Source: Anthoceros angustus
Lineage: Eukaryota; Plantae; Anthocerotophyta
Reading direction: 5' to 3'
Length of the DNA: 64,000 nt
NCBI GenBank assembly: GCA_010909165.1
Contig: MU008177.1
Coordinates: forward strand, 434,001 to 498,000
Shown here: positions 32,914-45,109 of the stretch, piece by piece
Layout: each line of letters begins with the position of its first letter
Numbering within the stretch: position 1 is the first letter of the stretch
Program-made: the position numbers and the translations under genes
The notes under the pieces: generated by a model
Told to the model about the DNA's origin: nothing
Databases searched by the model: none
The model's input: the letters and a program-made list of their open reading frames with translations, nothing else

Positions 32914-33909
32914 GGCGGCAGCGGGAGGCGGAGATTGAGGAAACGGCGGACGGGAAGAGCTCGCGATGGGACGGAGGGGGCGAGGCGATGGAGCCGAATT
33001 TGTACTCCCAGGCTCGAGCTCGAGGGCGGCGGCAGGGAGCGAAGTGGGGGCACGTGCTGGGGAGGTTAACCGGGGCAGAGGGTTAGGCTAACCGGGGTCG
33101 GACGCAGGTAGGTTCGGGGGTTCAGGGAGGCTGACGGCGGACGGCGGACGGCCCAATCATCCGAGCTGTTACCGGTGTAGGTGTAACGCTCGGCAGGGCC
33201 GGCGTCAGGCGCTGCCTGCCTGGCTCCGCGCATCGGTTGGTTGTGCTCGTCCGGCGATTAACACTCTGGGGCGGCTGGCAAGCGCACTAATGGGAACACC
33301 CAATCGCGGGAGCTTGCTGCAATCGCAGGTATGGCAGGGGGACGGGCTGTGGTCCTGTGGAGTGTCCACGCGAGTTTGCCTGGCGCTGCGCTCCTTGCGG
33401 CCCGGCAGACTCCATCATGCATGCGGCAGGCTGGATGGAGGAGGACTACGGGCCTGCGCCCGGTTGCTTGCTCGCGCGGCAGAGCGTCGATGGGGCCCTC
33501 TGGCCTCGCTGGCGCTGGCAACCCGCAGCTGACGCTGTGCCCTGGAGATGCGACCCGCGCCTGGGTTGCGGCCCCGTTCACACCGCCTACTGTCCTCACT
33601 GCTGGGGACATGGCGGGCTCCGAGCCTCCTGCCCTCCGGGCTTCCAGCCTTCCGAGTTCCAGCTTCTCCGAGAGCGTTGTGTCAAGGTCGCAGCAGACAG
33701 TAGGAGCGGCTTAATTCGTGGCCACTCGGCGGTCTGCCATCCGGGGGTGCTGTTGCCGGTACTGCTGCTACTGCTGCTGCTGGTGGAGGAGATGATTGTA
33801 GGAGTCAGGGTTGGCTGGACCTGCTCATTACATTTGTACATAGGTGTATCGAAGCGTGGCCCCTCGGCGTGCAGCTCCAGCAGCAGCGGCAGCGGCAGCG
33901 GCAGGAGCG

Positions 33910-34278
33910 ATGGCTACGATGCGCATCTCGCTCTTGTCAGCTTTTTCAGCGGCTCTGGTTGCGTGCGTTCCCACTTCTATGCCTATCCGGAGATATCCGG
34001 AGGCGGAGGAAGATCAGTATGGCCAGCGCTCAGGCTGGGGGCGGCCAGGCCTAGAGCAGGCTCTACCCCAGCCCGGGCGTGGCAACAGGTGGGACGTAGC
34101 TGAAGAAGAAAGGATCAACTTTCTCCTTGCACGTGCTTTTCCGTGGTACAATTTGGGTGGGCCTGGGCGAGGGCGAGAGCGAGAGCGAGAGCGAGGGCCA
34201 GGGCCAGGGCGCTCCACCGGCTCATGGATTGGCCACACCTGCAAGCACAAAGAGGTTGCGTTTTCGATGAGCTGCTGA
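33910..34278 (+). CDS. Candidate 122-aa protein with signal-peptide-like N-terminus
   Basis: MATMRISLLSAFSAALVACVPTSMPIRRYPEAEEDQYG...EEERINFLLARAFPWY; start context gagcgATGGct. No family recognised. Confidence 0.3.
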   Translation: MATMRISLLSAFSAALVACVPTSMPIRRYPEAEEDQYGQRSGWGRPGLEQALPQPGRGNRWDVAEEERINFLLARAFPWYNLGGPGRGRERERERGPGPGRSTGSWIGHTCKHKEVAFSMSC

Positions 34279-35038
34279 AGCTGCAGTCAAGACACAGCAA
34301 CAGAGTACCCGATCCGATACTCTCTGCAGGCACGTGTCCTATGATGTCTCGCTGTCTATGATGACAATTGCGCTTAAAAGGAGAGCTGTAATGACATGCA
34401 CATCACCTAAGAATATCAGCCTAGAATCAATTTGTGCCCACGCTGCAGGCTGCCACACCCGTACCGTACTGACAGTAAAGCATAGTACATACATGGTTAC
34501 CCTTTTCTTGGAGCTGGAGCCGGCGCGCAATCCATCCTCCCTGGACAGGAAAGCTCCTCGAGGTGCACTGCACGGAATTGAATCAGACATGTGCAAAGGG
34601 ACCTCCGCATACGCCCCCACAGCCCACCAAATACACCTAACACACCAAATCCCACCACCATCAGACCGTCGCAGCTTACTGGACACAGTCCTGCCAAAAG
34701 TAGAAACAATATTTATACATCTTTGCTCCGAACAAGGCAGCAAGAATGGTTGGTTGTAAGTAACAGTTGCCCGCGATCAAGGCACCCATCTCAATGCAAT
34801 ACGCAATGGGCGCCACTATACAATCGAAGATCCGGGCCCAATCTAGGACCCGATGGCTTCTCTCCTCAGAAGCTAGAAAAGCGCGATGCAAATGCCTACC
34901 CATCCTGGACTTAAAAATGCTGATTTGCATCCCCTGTTATTCTCTACCCAAAGAATGGTGCACACCAGTGTGAGCTACTTCCAATTGTGCGCTTTAGCCC
35001 AGTGCCTCAATGCACATGGCTAAGGTGCAAAAACAGTG

Positions 35039-38000
35039 TTAGTAGAACAGCGTCGAGTCCAAGCCATTTGGACCGTCCTTGGACAGCATAGAGCGAGCTT
35101 CCAGGACTGAGCGTGGTGGCTCTAAGTCCTTCTCCTGAAGTGCATGGCCCTGCAATCTCTGCATCTGGGAAGCGAAGATGTCGTCTAGCATCTGCACAAA
35201 CATCAGAGAAGCGTCTTCCATGACGTCCACCAGAAGAGAGGATACACTCGCAAGGAAAGCGAATGGGCCTCAAAACATACACAAGAGTAGGTTCGGAATA
35301 GTACCCCCAAAGCGAAATAAGACCCCTTGTACCACGATCTGTTTTCCTTTCGGTTCTCCAAAAAATTCAGCACGTCCTGCAAGTTTCACATGGCACAATT
35401 CCAAACCCACCACCAAAATTAGCCCGCACTAACAAGCAAGCATCAAGTCACCAAGCACACAGGACGTAGATTTAAAATGTTAAAAGATCACCCGTAGGAG
35501 CCTCTACCTTATCCTCCTCAGATAATGGTTAGGCACCTGTTTTGTTAGAGTCAGTTTACCTGCCGTTGGTCAAGAATCAGTGTCTCCTGGATACATGAGC
35601 CATTACAACGTGGCACATAATTGTCCCTATTTTCTAAATTGTTCAAAAGTTCCTGCGTCCCACAATTGTAGGGAGATCAAAAGCCATAGCACATCACATC
35701 AACAACCCAACCCATGGCATCAGTTTGTGCAGACTTCATTTCCGTGATTCATTTACCTTACTTCCGCTTGTTAGTTGCACGATTACTAAGAGCTCATAAC
35801 GACTGGACTGCTACGGCAACTTGGTTATGACACACATACATTGCTCCGCGGGTAAAGTGAGAGATACTAACCCTGGCCATGCGATCCCAATAGCCACGAC
35901 AAACGGCCACAAAGACTCGAGTGGTGAAAACATCGTGCAAATGTGTGATTGTGTCTGTGAGTTGTGAAGTAAGCGGCTGCATTCGCTCACGCACTGCAGC
36001 CTCCCCTCCAGCTTCTCTTGTGTCTTGAAGTATTTTCTTCAACTTCGTCGTCCTGAGCAACCTTGACTGCAAAACATCCCACGCAAAGAGCGACTCAAGC
36101 ACCATAATATGGGACATCAGAGACAACCAGGCGAAGAGTACGGGTATGACCACTACGTTTTCCGCCATCTTGTCGACAATGGCCTGTAGGTAATTTTTGT
36201 ACTTGGCCCGCAGCTCGACCGTGACCTCATCAAACCGTTCTCCAAAGAGACCCTTTCCCCCTGAGCCGTTCTCAGTAGGCAGACAGGCCACCCAGCCTTT
36301 CATTTGGGCTTCGATCTTGGGCCTCTGAATGTCGAGAAGTCGTTTGATCGAATTTAACATGACTCCCAGCTACATTCAGAATTTGCCGTCTGTTTCAGCT
36401 TCTTGCCATCATAAGGTGACTCTTTCTCAGTACAATTCAAAAACATTGCACGTACCTGGCTTGGGACACTGTAAACAGAAATTGACCTCCGTCTCGTGAG
36501 CTTCTGCATGTACTGAAGACTGAACTTCTTCGGAATCATCACTTCCTTCAGCGGCTGCAGGACATCGGCATTGTGCTTCTCCAATGCTGTCAGAACAGCC
36601 CTTTCTACGTCTGCTAAAGCCTGCATCATAGAAGTCTACGTGTGAGAACCAGGTTCAGAAATTCATGTGAGAACCAGGTTCAGAAGTAGAGCTAAGGAAG
36701 ACCATGTACTCACACTTTCAAGAGCAATAGTGTATTCCGGCCACCGAGAAATTATAGTCTCATACTCATTGAGAGTGTCCTTGATTTTGTCGTAAATTTC
36801 TTCAACAAATGGTGAAGTCGAATGCATGGTCGAAGCCGTTGCCCATCGAACCTGACGGATAAGAGAAAAGGTGGCCAGCATGAAACAAAGACCCCTTTAT
36901 CATCTTGCTTGTACAGCGCACTTAAAAAATGAAACACAAGCTACAGCAGAAAGAGCTACCTTATCAAACTTGCAGCAGTCGAGGAGGTGCAGTCGCTTGT
37001 CTTGAATCCACAGGACGATGTACAGATGAAAAAGCTCTTTGGCGTCCACTCCTCCTTTGAAGGGGCTGCACAGAAAGGCAAGACAGGCTCTTAACCGGCA
37101 TCTTCTTTTTCCAGGCCGAAACTAACCGAGCCATAATACTGACCTGATCCCCCAAGCAGCAACGTCCCTTTGAAAGTCAGCTGTTGCAATTAGCAGCTCG
37201 GTTACGGGTACTGACGGGCTCGTAGGAGGACATGCCACCAGAAATGTCCTCAGTCTATTGCACAATTCTAAGCTGTAGATGCCCGCGGCAATGTTGCGCA
37301 AATCTATGGAGCTGGAAGATACAAGGCATTGCACACACATTCAGCTAGGAGTCCATGTGAGCGTCAACCTGCGTCACCTCAAATTCACATGACTTCCTTC
37401 AAAAAACTCCGTGAATAGAAGCTCTTTATCTTTTCCAGGCACGCAAAATTACAGAGCCTTTACCTTGGCAAGATGTGCAGATTGTGAATATCTATGTCAG
37501 TCCGTATTTCATTGCTTATGTGCGAGCACAGGATCTTCATCTTCTGGTAAGCCGTCGCGACGGTCACAGGATCCATGAGGAAACCTTCATTCCCAGACAC
37601 AAACTCATCTGTTTCTGCCATATGTCGCTTGCATCTTATTTTGGCAGCAGTCTGTACAATGAAGAGGACAATCCGAACCGTCTTCAATTCCTATCCACAG
37701 GTCACAAGCCAGCAGAGTAGGGTCGTTTTTTACAAGCAAATTAGCAGATTGGATGAACTACATACCTGGAAGTATGTACGCAATAGCATTTTGGCCTCCA
37801 CGGACAGTATGTCATGCAGTAAAGTAAATATCTGTACAGCAGGTACTAGAGCTGGCGCTGCCACTCCAACTGCTGGCACAAATGTCTCTGCCAATCCGGA
37901 GGGAGTCGACTCGTCCAAACCTTTGTAATTTTCAAAAACCGTAGCTAATAGCTGAGAAACTTGCTCCTCCACATCAGCCATAATCCTCTTCTGCAAACAA

Positions 38001-41000
38001 AAATGGCCCCCAAATACCTTAACTTTTAGATTATCTTATGTTATATCAGGCATTTTGCGTTAACCAATGCTTAAACACTTTTACCTCTTGCCTGCTGAGG
38101 GCATTCTCATCTCGGGCTTTAATAATTGGGCAGAGAAGATCATAGATTAGTAATAAGCAGTCCTCTGTAGGTGTGGCTACATCCATTATGCACGCTAAAT
38201 ATCTGCAGGGCACAGATACATGTGTTAAGTGCGATATGAGAGCGTCCATCGGATGCTGATGTGCCCGTCACTAATTGAGATAATTACTTGACGCAAACAT
38301 GCACAGATACGCCTACTTGCTCAGTGGATGCTGACCTTAAGTTCCTGTAGGCATCTGACACACCATAGTACAGTGCAAACTCTTGTAATAACCAAGCCCA
38401 TGAGCCATGGATGCGCAGATTTCGTGATTGAAAATGCTGAACCCGCATGGCTACTTCCAGTACAAGATCATACGCAAGAGTTTCACCGACCGGATTCCAC
38501 TGCACATGGATAACATTATCAGTGAAAACACAGAAAGAAAGCAGTTGCTGACGGAGCTTGATCAAGCAATCTAGACGAGATAAAACAAAGGTTGATTGTT
38601 TGTCTGCTCTTACCTTTGTAGACCCCACATCTTCAGAAGTCATGAAGGATAGCATGAGCTGAATCTTGCCGACACATTCGCGATCTGCTTCACCGTATAC
38701 ATTCCACCACCTAACTCGATCATTCTGTATGGGACACGACAAACGGTCAGGCAAAACTAAACTGCTTGACAAAAGGCAGCATCCGATAAACTGAGAGTAA
38801 TCAGTAAAGCTTTACATACCGGGTCATCACTAATAGAACCGAGCTGAACAGTCAATCGGCCCAGCAAGTTGCCCTGCGAATCACTGACATCAAGCAAAAG
38901 ATCGTCTCCTGTGCTTTCAGGCAGACTGCACCAAAGAAAAAGAAAAGGCCTAGTTAGCACCGTGCAGAAACCTACCAGAGGCACGCTGTTCTCAAGTAGG
39001 TAGTACTTACAAAACACAGGTAAGTCCGGAGCCTGGTTGCACTCGGACCACGTCTTCCTCAGTCGAACTTTTGAGCTTCAGGGCACAAGTGAAGGCTTCT
39101 ATAATTCATCGGAAAGAAGTCATGAAAATGTTATTCCTCGATGGGAGAAGATACCAAAATGCTCTTGAAAGGCAATGAGGCAGTACCTTGGGCCGTTTCA
39201 TTCAGGGCTGTGTGCCTAAGGCTGTTCACCTTGTCCTTCAACAGCCCCGAAACCTGTCGCATGTACTGTGCACCGGCATTGACGTAGGCCAGACTGCGTT
39301 GTGAAGCCGTACCATGCGAAGGCACTCTTGGAAAGCGGAGCCGTCTCACTGCGGCCCATCCCGTCAAAATTGGGAGTAATTTGTTAGAAGAACGTTTTTC
39401 GATAGTGCCATCACCTGCATCACTATACCCAGCATCTCCAAGGTTCCCACTAATAGATGGGCTTTTGGAGGAGTTCATCCTCAACACCATCTTCACTTTT
39501 CGTACTGCCCACCAACCCGGCAAAGCATGGGCAGGTCAGAATGAGCCGCACCATCAATGAATCTAGGTTCCTAGGCGTCCCCTAATCAGGATTCAAGAAT
39601 CAGCCCCCATAGCCAATGCATGAAAGAAGAGGCTGCACCTTGGACTTTAAGCTTGCCAACATTTCGCTTGGGCTTGGATGCTGCTGTCGCTTCAGCATCA
39701 TCTTGAAGTCCCCTTGTTCTGACTTCGTCCCGAGATGAGAGAAGCACCTGCTGCAGACTGCAGAAAGTAAATTCCAAGCTCAGTCCAGGAAGATAAGAGG
39801 GTCAAAACAGCAAGGCATCGCGATGTATGTGGTCCGCTCACCCGAACGAGTCACGCAAAAGCGCACATTCGTTGTTCAGAAACTCAGGGGCCTCCACACA
39901 ACCCTGTGACCAAGCGCGAAGGCACAGGCGAACGCACGCATCGTACGAAATGACAGAATTCCATGCTGCTTGACCACTGCAGTACCAAACCAGGTCAGAA
40001 AAAGTTTTGAAGACCAAACATCAAATGCAGCGAAAGACTTATCCAGCTTGTACCTGAGGAAAAGGGGCGCAGGCTGAGCTATGGAGTTATTTACTGTTGG
40101 TGCAGTGTGGGCTGTTGTATGCCTGGATGTGAGAGATATATCCTCAAACCCAGATACTGATCTAAACAAAGGCAACCAGGGAAAGAAGTTCAGCTTGGCC
40201 CAAGGTGTGTACACTGTATGTCAAACTCAAGTTCCGAGGACAGTGTGTACCTTAGACTTGGTTCCGGTGGTATCAAAATCTCCTCCGTTTGGAAACTGTA
40301 GTGCACAACCGAAGGTTTTGTTGCAACGAAAGAGGGCCCCTCCACATTGTGTAGAGGAGCTCCATCTATGACGATGGATGCGTGGAGGGGTGGAGCACTT
40401 GGCGGAAGGCCAATGCTCTCTGGACGACCTCGGCTTGTTCTGTGTGCAGCTTCCATTTCCTGCCAGGAAAGATGCAGGTGAGACAGAAGATCTGAGAGCT
40501 CCAGAATCCATCCCAAGACATGGTCCTCTGGGTATCCGTCACTCACCTCGCCGGTAGCCTCATATGCCTGTCCTCCATTGACAAACCCGACATCCTCCTG
40601 CTGATGCTGCGGGTCCATCCTTTCCTCATACTGCACATCATCATCCCGATCCCAGTCAGGATGACGTGCCTGCTCCTCCCGTAATGTCGGAGAAAACGGC
40701 CTCTCCGTGTCAAATCCCGCATCCTGCCCCTGATAAACGTCCTTCGGTTCCCACTCGCCCTCGTAAGCCTGCCCTACAACATATTGACCATCACGAAAGG
40801 CCATCTCCGGCCCCGAATCCAGCTTCCTATCGTAGCCAAGCTCGTCGTACCCTCTCTCGGACTCATACTTCGGCCTAGCCACATTCCTAGCGAGTCCGTT
40901 CCTGAACGGGCTCACGGGGGAAGAGGACTCCCCAGAATAGATTCCGGAAGTATGCTCCTCCCCGGTATCGTCCGAAAGATCCTCCTCATACACCAAGCCT

Positions 41001-41356
41001 CCTCCGCCGGAAATCGACCCCACGCTCTCCTCAAGATCCTCCGTGGTGCTGGTGGTGTGATTGGACGAGAAGGGGCGAAGAAAGTCCGCGTGCAGATGCA
41101 CATTGTAGCCATTAGGCGGCGGAAGATTGCAGTCTTTGGCACTCTTCCTCCCGTTCCCGAACAAGGACGCGTCCGGGAACAGGGCAGGGGAGAGCTTCTC
41201 CGCCACCGCAGGCACCTGCTCCTGCACAACACGCACACACAACATCAGCATCCCGCACCTCTGCCCCTCCCCCGCCCCCTCCCCTCCCGCACTCGATCTC
41301 AGTCTGACCTTGCGAACCCACTGGAGCTCAGATTGGTCCAGCCCGTCGGTGAACAT
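35039..41356 (-). CDS. Large multi-exon plant-specific protein (family of Arabidopsis AT4G24610/AT5G48310/AT5G65440), with C2-like and MUN/CATCHR-like helical regions
   Basis: N-terminus MFTDGLDQSELQWVR and motifs GLPPSAPP, VGKLKVQVRKVK, SLAYVNAGAQYMRQVSGLLK, PESTGDDLLLDVSDSQG, ETLAYDLVLEVAM, FENYKGLDE, CKRHMAETDEF, VCRGYWDRM, FLENRKENRSWYKGS, EKDLEPPRS. About 20 short GT-AG introns. The domain labels are inference. Confidence 0.9.
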
Positions 41357-41685
41357 TGTCGCCCCCCGCTCCACTCACATCACAGGCCGGTGTCATAGAG
41401 CAGCAGCCGCCGCAACCAGCGTTGCCCGCCTGCCAGCCGTGAGCTCCTCCCTCCAGCTCCTGCCTGCTGTCGAGGGTCGCGCTCCGCGAGAAAAGAGAGG
41501 AGACGCTGCGATGCTGCGTGGGGAAGCAAATGCGCGTAAATTCGGGGTGGAATCGGCAGCCGGCGAGGCGAGCCCAGGCGATTGCACCAGCGCGGAAAGC
41601 ACAGCTTGCAAGAGACGTTGTCGAGCCTGGCTGCGAGGGAGAGGGGCACGGCAATTCAAACGCGGTCCGTTGCTCTTGGCTTAGG

Positions 41686-41785
41686 GCTGGCCCACCGGAG
41701 GCTGCTTCTCCGTTCCGTTCCGTCGACTTGTCGGAAGGGCATTGGGCTCTGGTCTGCCCCTAAACGACCGTTATAGTGGGCCCGT
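41686..41785. promoter_or_regulatory. Cluster of site-II-like elements (TGGGCY/GGCCCA) upstream of the large gene
   Basis: ggccca ~41689, tgggct ~41743 and tgggcc ~41778, about 330-430 bp upstream of the ATG, a typical position in plant core promoters. Confidence 0.4.
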
Positions 41786-44700
41786 TAAGGATGCGGCCAC
41801 CAGCTGACTTTGCCAACGCTGACTGCCGTTATGTTGCAACCGACAAACCTTGCCTATGTCACCACGTTCTCGTTCGCCTCGTTGCGGTACCTTTGGACGA
41901 TGAATCCTTCAACGATTACAATATCTCGTTTGCGATATCCATAGCACCATACCCGTGCCACCACGCAATCGAACAAAAGATTTGTACAGGTACATACATA
42001 CCTGTGTTTTATTATTACAAAAACTACCTACATGATCACCGTTCTACAGCAAGGCCTGAGCCCTACGTGCTAACTTGGTTTCGGTCCTAAGCATGGCAAG
42101 ACTCTATTAAGTGATAGTGATATAGCTAGCGAACTACTCGCTCAGAGTGAGAAGGACAAGTGGCAAACAAAGCAACTTTCAATTTAAGAAAAATAGAGAC
42201 TTTATAAATTTATAGAGATGGAAAGTCTCATCCACTCTGCGGCTACGGGAGGTGTGGGACGATATCAAAGAACACAGATTTGTCGGGCAAGGGGCGAGAA
42301 GGATGGCACCCTGGTAGTCATCTACGCACAGATGGCACCCCATCCTGGTAGTCATCCGCACACAGGCTGCTTAACTATGGAGTTCTTGTATGTGCATCCC
42401 ACTCTTGGGGATGCCTATCTATATATCAAGACTGAGAACAAAAAGATATGGCCGCAGCTTTGTTGAAATTAAAAGTCTCAATAACCACCTGGGTTTCTTT
42501 GACATTGTTAGGGACAACCTTTCTTGATAGAGGTTAGATTTGGATGAAATTCTTGAGTTGCATTTGGTGAAATATTTTCTTGGGCTTCCATGCAAAAGTA
42601 CAGAAGGACATATAGGAGGTGGTCCACCCACGAATGCTTGCCTCTTGAATATGACAATGAAGTGGTTTTATAAAGGACTTTGCAAATAGAAGAAAAAGAA
42701 TGGAGTCTCATCGAGCACTATGAGAAGTGGTGTGCAAACCAGACAGCTTCGAGATTGAAGAGATGGAAAATGATCTTGGAAACAACCCTCTATAGGGTCC
42801 CAGGTCATGGAGGACTAGCCTATACGCTTCTCTACCCTAAAGCTACTAATCACTACGAAGATATCGTAGTCGGGATAAGAACGGGCCTCTTTACCACTCA
42901 TGCTGAAGATGTTGCACTCCCTCAATTCAATGTCATCCTGAATATTGCGTTTGCCAACGCCTTTTGCAAGACAGTCAAAGCCCACCACACAGGATAGTTG
43001 CTGGGTCCCCATGATGGTGACTGGGAGATTTTGGAGGAATTGCGGCCCTCAGCTTCTAAAATTCAGGACCTGGAGAGGATGCGGAGGGGTCGGTTTGGGA
43101 GGAGTCGATGGAGGAGGAAGTTTCCAGCCAGCTGGTAAGGCTGGTGGAGGTGTCTGGCGGCGCGACGGGCATTGCACCAATACCCAACCACCTCGAGGTG
43201 GTTGCGACGGCGGCAGGACAGGCCGCCACCGAGAGGGCGGTGCCTTTGCAAGAGCCCCGCGAGAGGGGGCGACGTTCCAGCTTCATCAGCGGCTAGCATC
43301 GCCGAGACACAAATTTATGAAAGCACTTCCAAGGGGGACATCTTGTGTGACCAACTCTCTAGACATTACGCATGTTGCACTAGCTATGACCGTAAAAAGC
43401 AACATGAGTAGGAAAAACACATTTCGCCATCATAAATGTCTAATAGTTTTTCAAGATACTAACAATAATATTAGTCTCGAGAGCAATGACAATGAAAACT
43501 CTAATGTGCCTAGTCACATATATAGACTTGGCTTTCAAGAAATCTCATTCTATCCAATAGTTTCGATCTCGATTAATTTGATTTACAACCTGCTCCATTT
43601 CAACTTTTTGTAGCTTCGTCCATTTGATTTGCACTCCATTCGAATTTAGCTTTGATTGAGTACGTGGGATATGGATTAATAAGCGTTTTGGAATGGGTAT
43701 TTACACATTTACTCTAGCCGCTCTCAGGCGCTGCTAACCGCTCTAGATAGATGGTCTGTAGTAGACCCCTAGCATGATGTGTCTATTCAAAGGTTGGTAA
43801 CGATGAGCTATGATATTGGCTCTTTTAGTTGGCGATGGCACATTAAATATTCCTACGCACATGTGAGACATACGAGTTGAGGCATGAGGCTTAGCATGCA
43901 CTCTCACACACACCGGATGTACGGACTCTTTCTTGTTATCACTTGCCAAAGGACTCCACCGCTTGAAATGTGAGGACTTGCAGATAGCCGATATCGCACA
44001 ACATATTAGTCTAGATCTTGGACCATGGCACAGTAGTAACCCACTACCCGCAAAGGCTGTATGTATGCTCCGTGCAGACCCGCTATCATCGTCCTCCGAC
44101 GTGGCGAGACAAAATGTTGGAGATGTGGTCGCTAGAAGGTTCCTTTGGCGGACGCAGGAAGGTTACCATCGTTGGGATTTTGTACTCTTAAGTAAGCGGG
44201 AATCTTTCGATTTTGCTTTATTAGGGTTTACGGAAGTCTAATAGCTCTAGGGTTTGCAAGTGCACTGCAGGATGGTTGGAAAGGATATTGAATTACCTTG
44301 TCCATGTATATATATACAAGATAAAATAGAGAGAGAGAGAGAGAGATACGCAACTTAACGACAAAGGAGCTTGCAAATAGAAGAAGAAGAATTTTATTAA
44401 ATCGACTTTCTAAGTGCGTACAAGATATAGAATATTTAGAAAAGAGATATAGAACTTAGCGACAAAGGAAGATGAAAATAGAAGGAGCTTATACATAAGA
44501 TAGAAAAGTTTTACTAGGGACCAAGGAAGATGAAAATAGAAGGAGCTTATATAAATAAGATAGAAAAGTTTTTCCAAAGTCCATTTGCGAGGATGATCAT
44601 CATGGAACTGAAATACCATGCATCCATACGATGCGAGAAGATTAATACAAAGGAGTCGAGAGTTAAGATTTGGTCAACTATGTGCAGGAGAGATTTATAT

Positions 44701-44854
44701 ATCATCTGTTTCATTGTGAAATACAACGTTCACGTTGATAGAATATACTCAAATGAGCATTACAAACTATAACTTAGTTGTGAAATAAAATTCTCACATT
44801 AATAAATTATCCAAATGAGTATTACAAACTATGACAACTTAAAATTCTAGTGTT

Positions 44855-45073
44855 CTATATGGTATACAGATATCCCATATCTGTGTACATACCACATACA
44901 CCCTCCTGTATACTTGCTACTCGTGCTATGCACATGTAACCGGCTTCACCCCAACTTGTACCCCATTGGTTACGCAATATCCAGTAGTCAATGTTACTTT
45001 CAGACCCCCATCCAATAACTACCATAGCATGATCCTGGGCCATAGGCCAAGGATATCGCAGGCAGGCTGGTGC
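44855..45073 (-). pseudogene. C-terminal fragment of a papain-family (C1A) cysteine protease
   Basis: DHAMVVIGWGSESNIDYWILRNQWGTSWGEAGYMCIAR...GVCG carries the catalytic His and Asn motifs. An in-frame stop lies immediately upstream, and no catalytic-Cys exon occurs before the retroelement. Confidence 0.85.
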
Positions 45074-45109
45074 TTAGATACTTAGCTTTTGTGGACAGGC
45101 TAGGTAGGC

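Noticed and set aside
44221-44256. TTAGGGTTT/TAGGGTTT telomere-like words
   Set aside because: Only isolated single units (telo-box-like), not an interstitial telomeric array.
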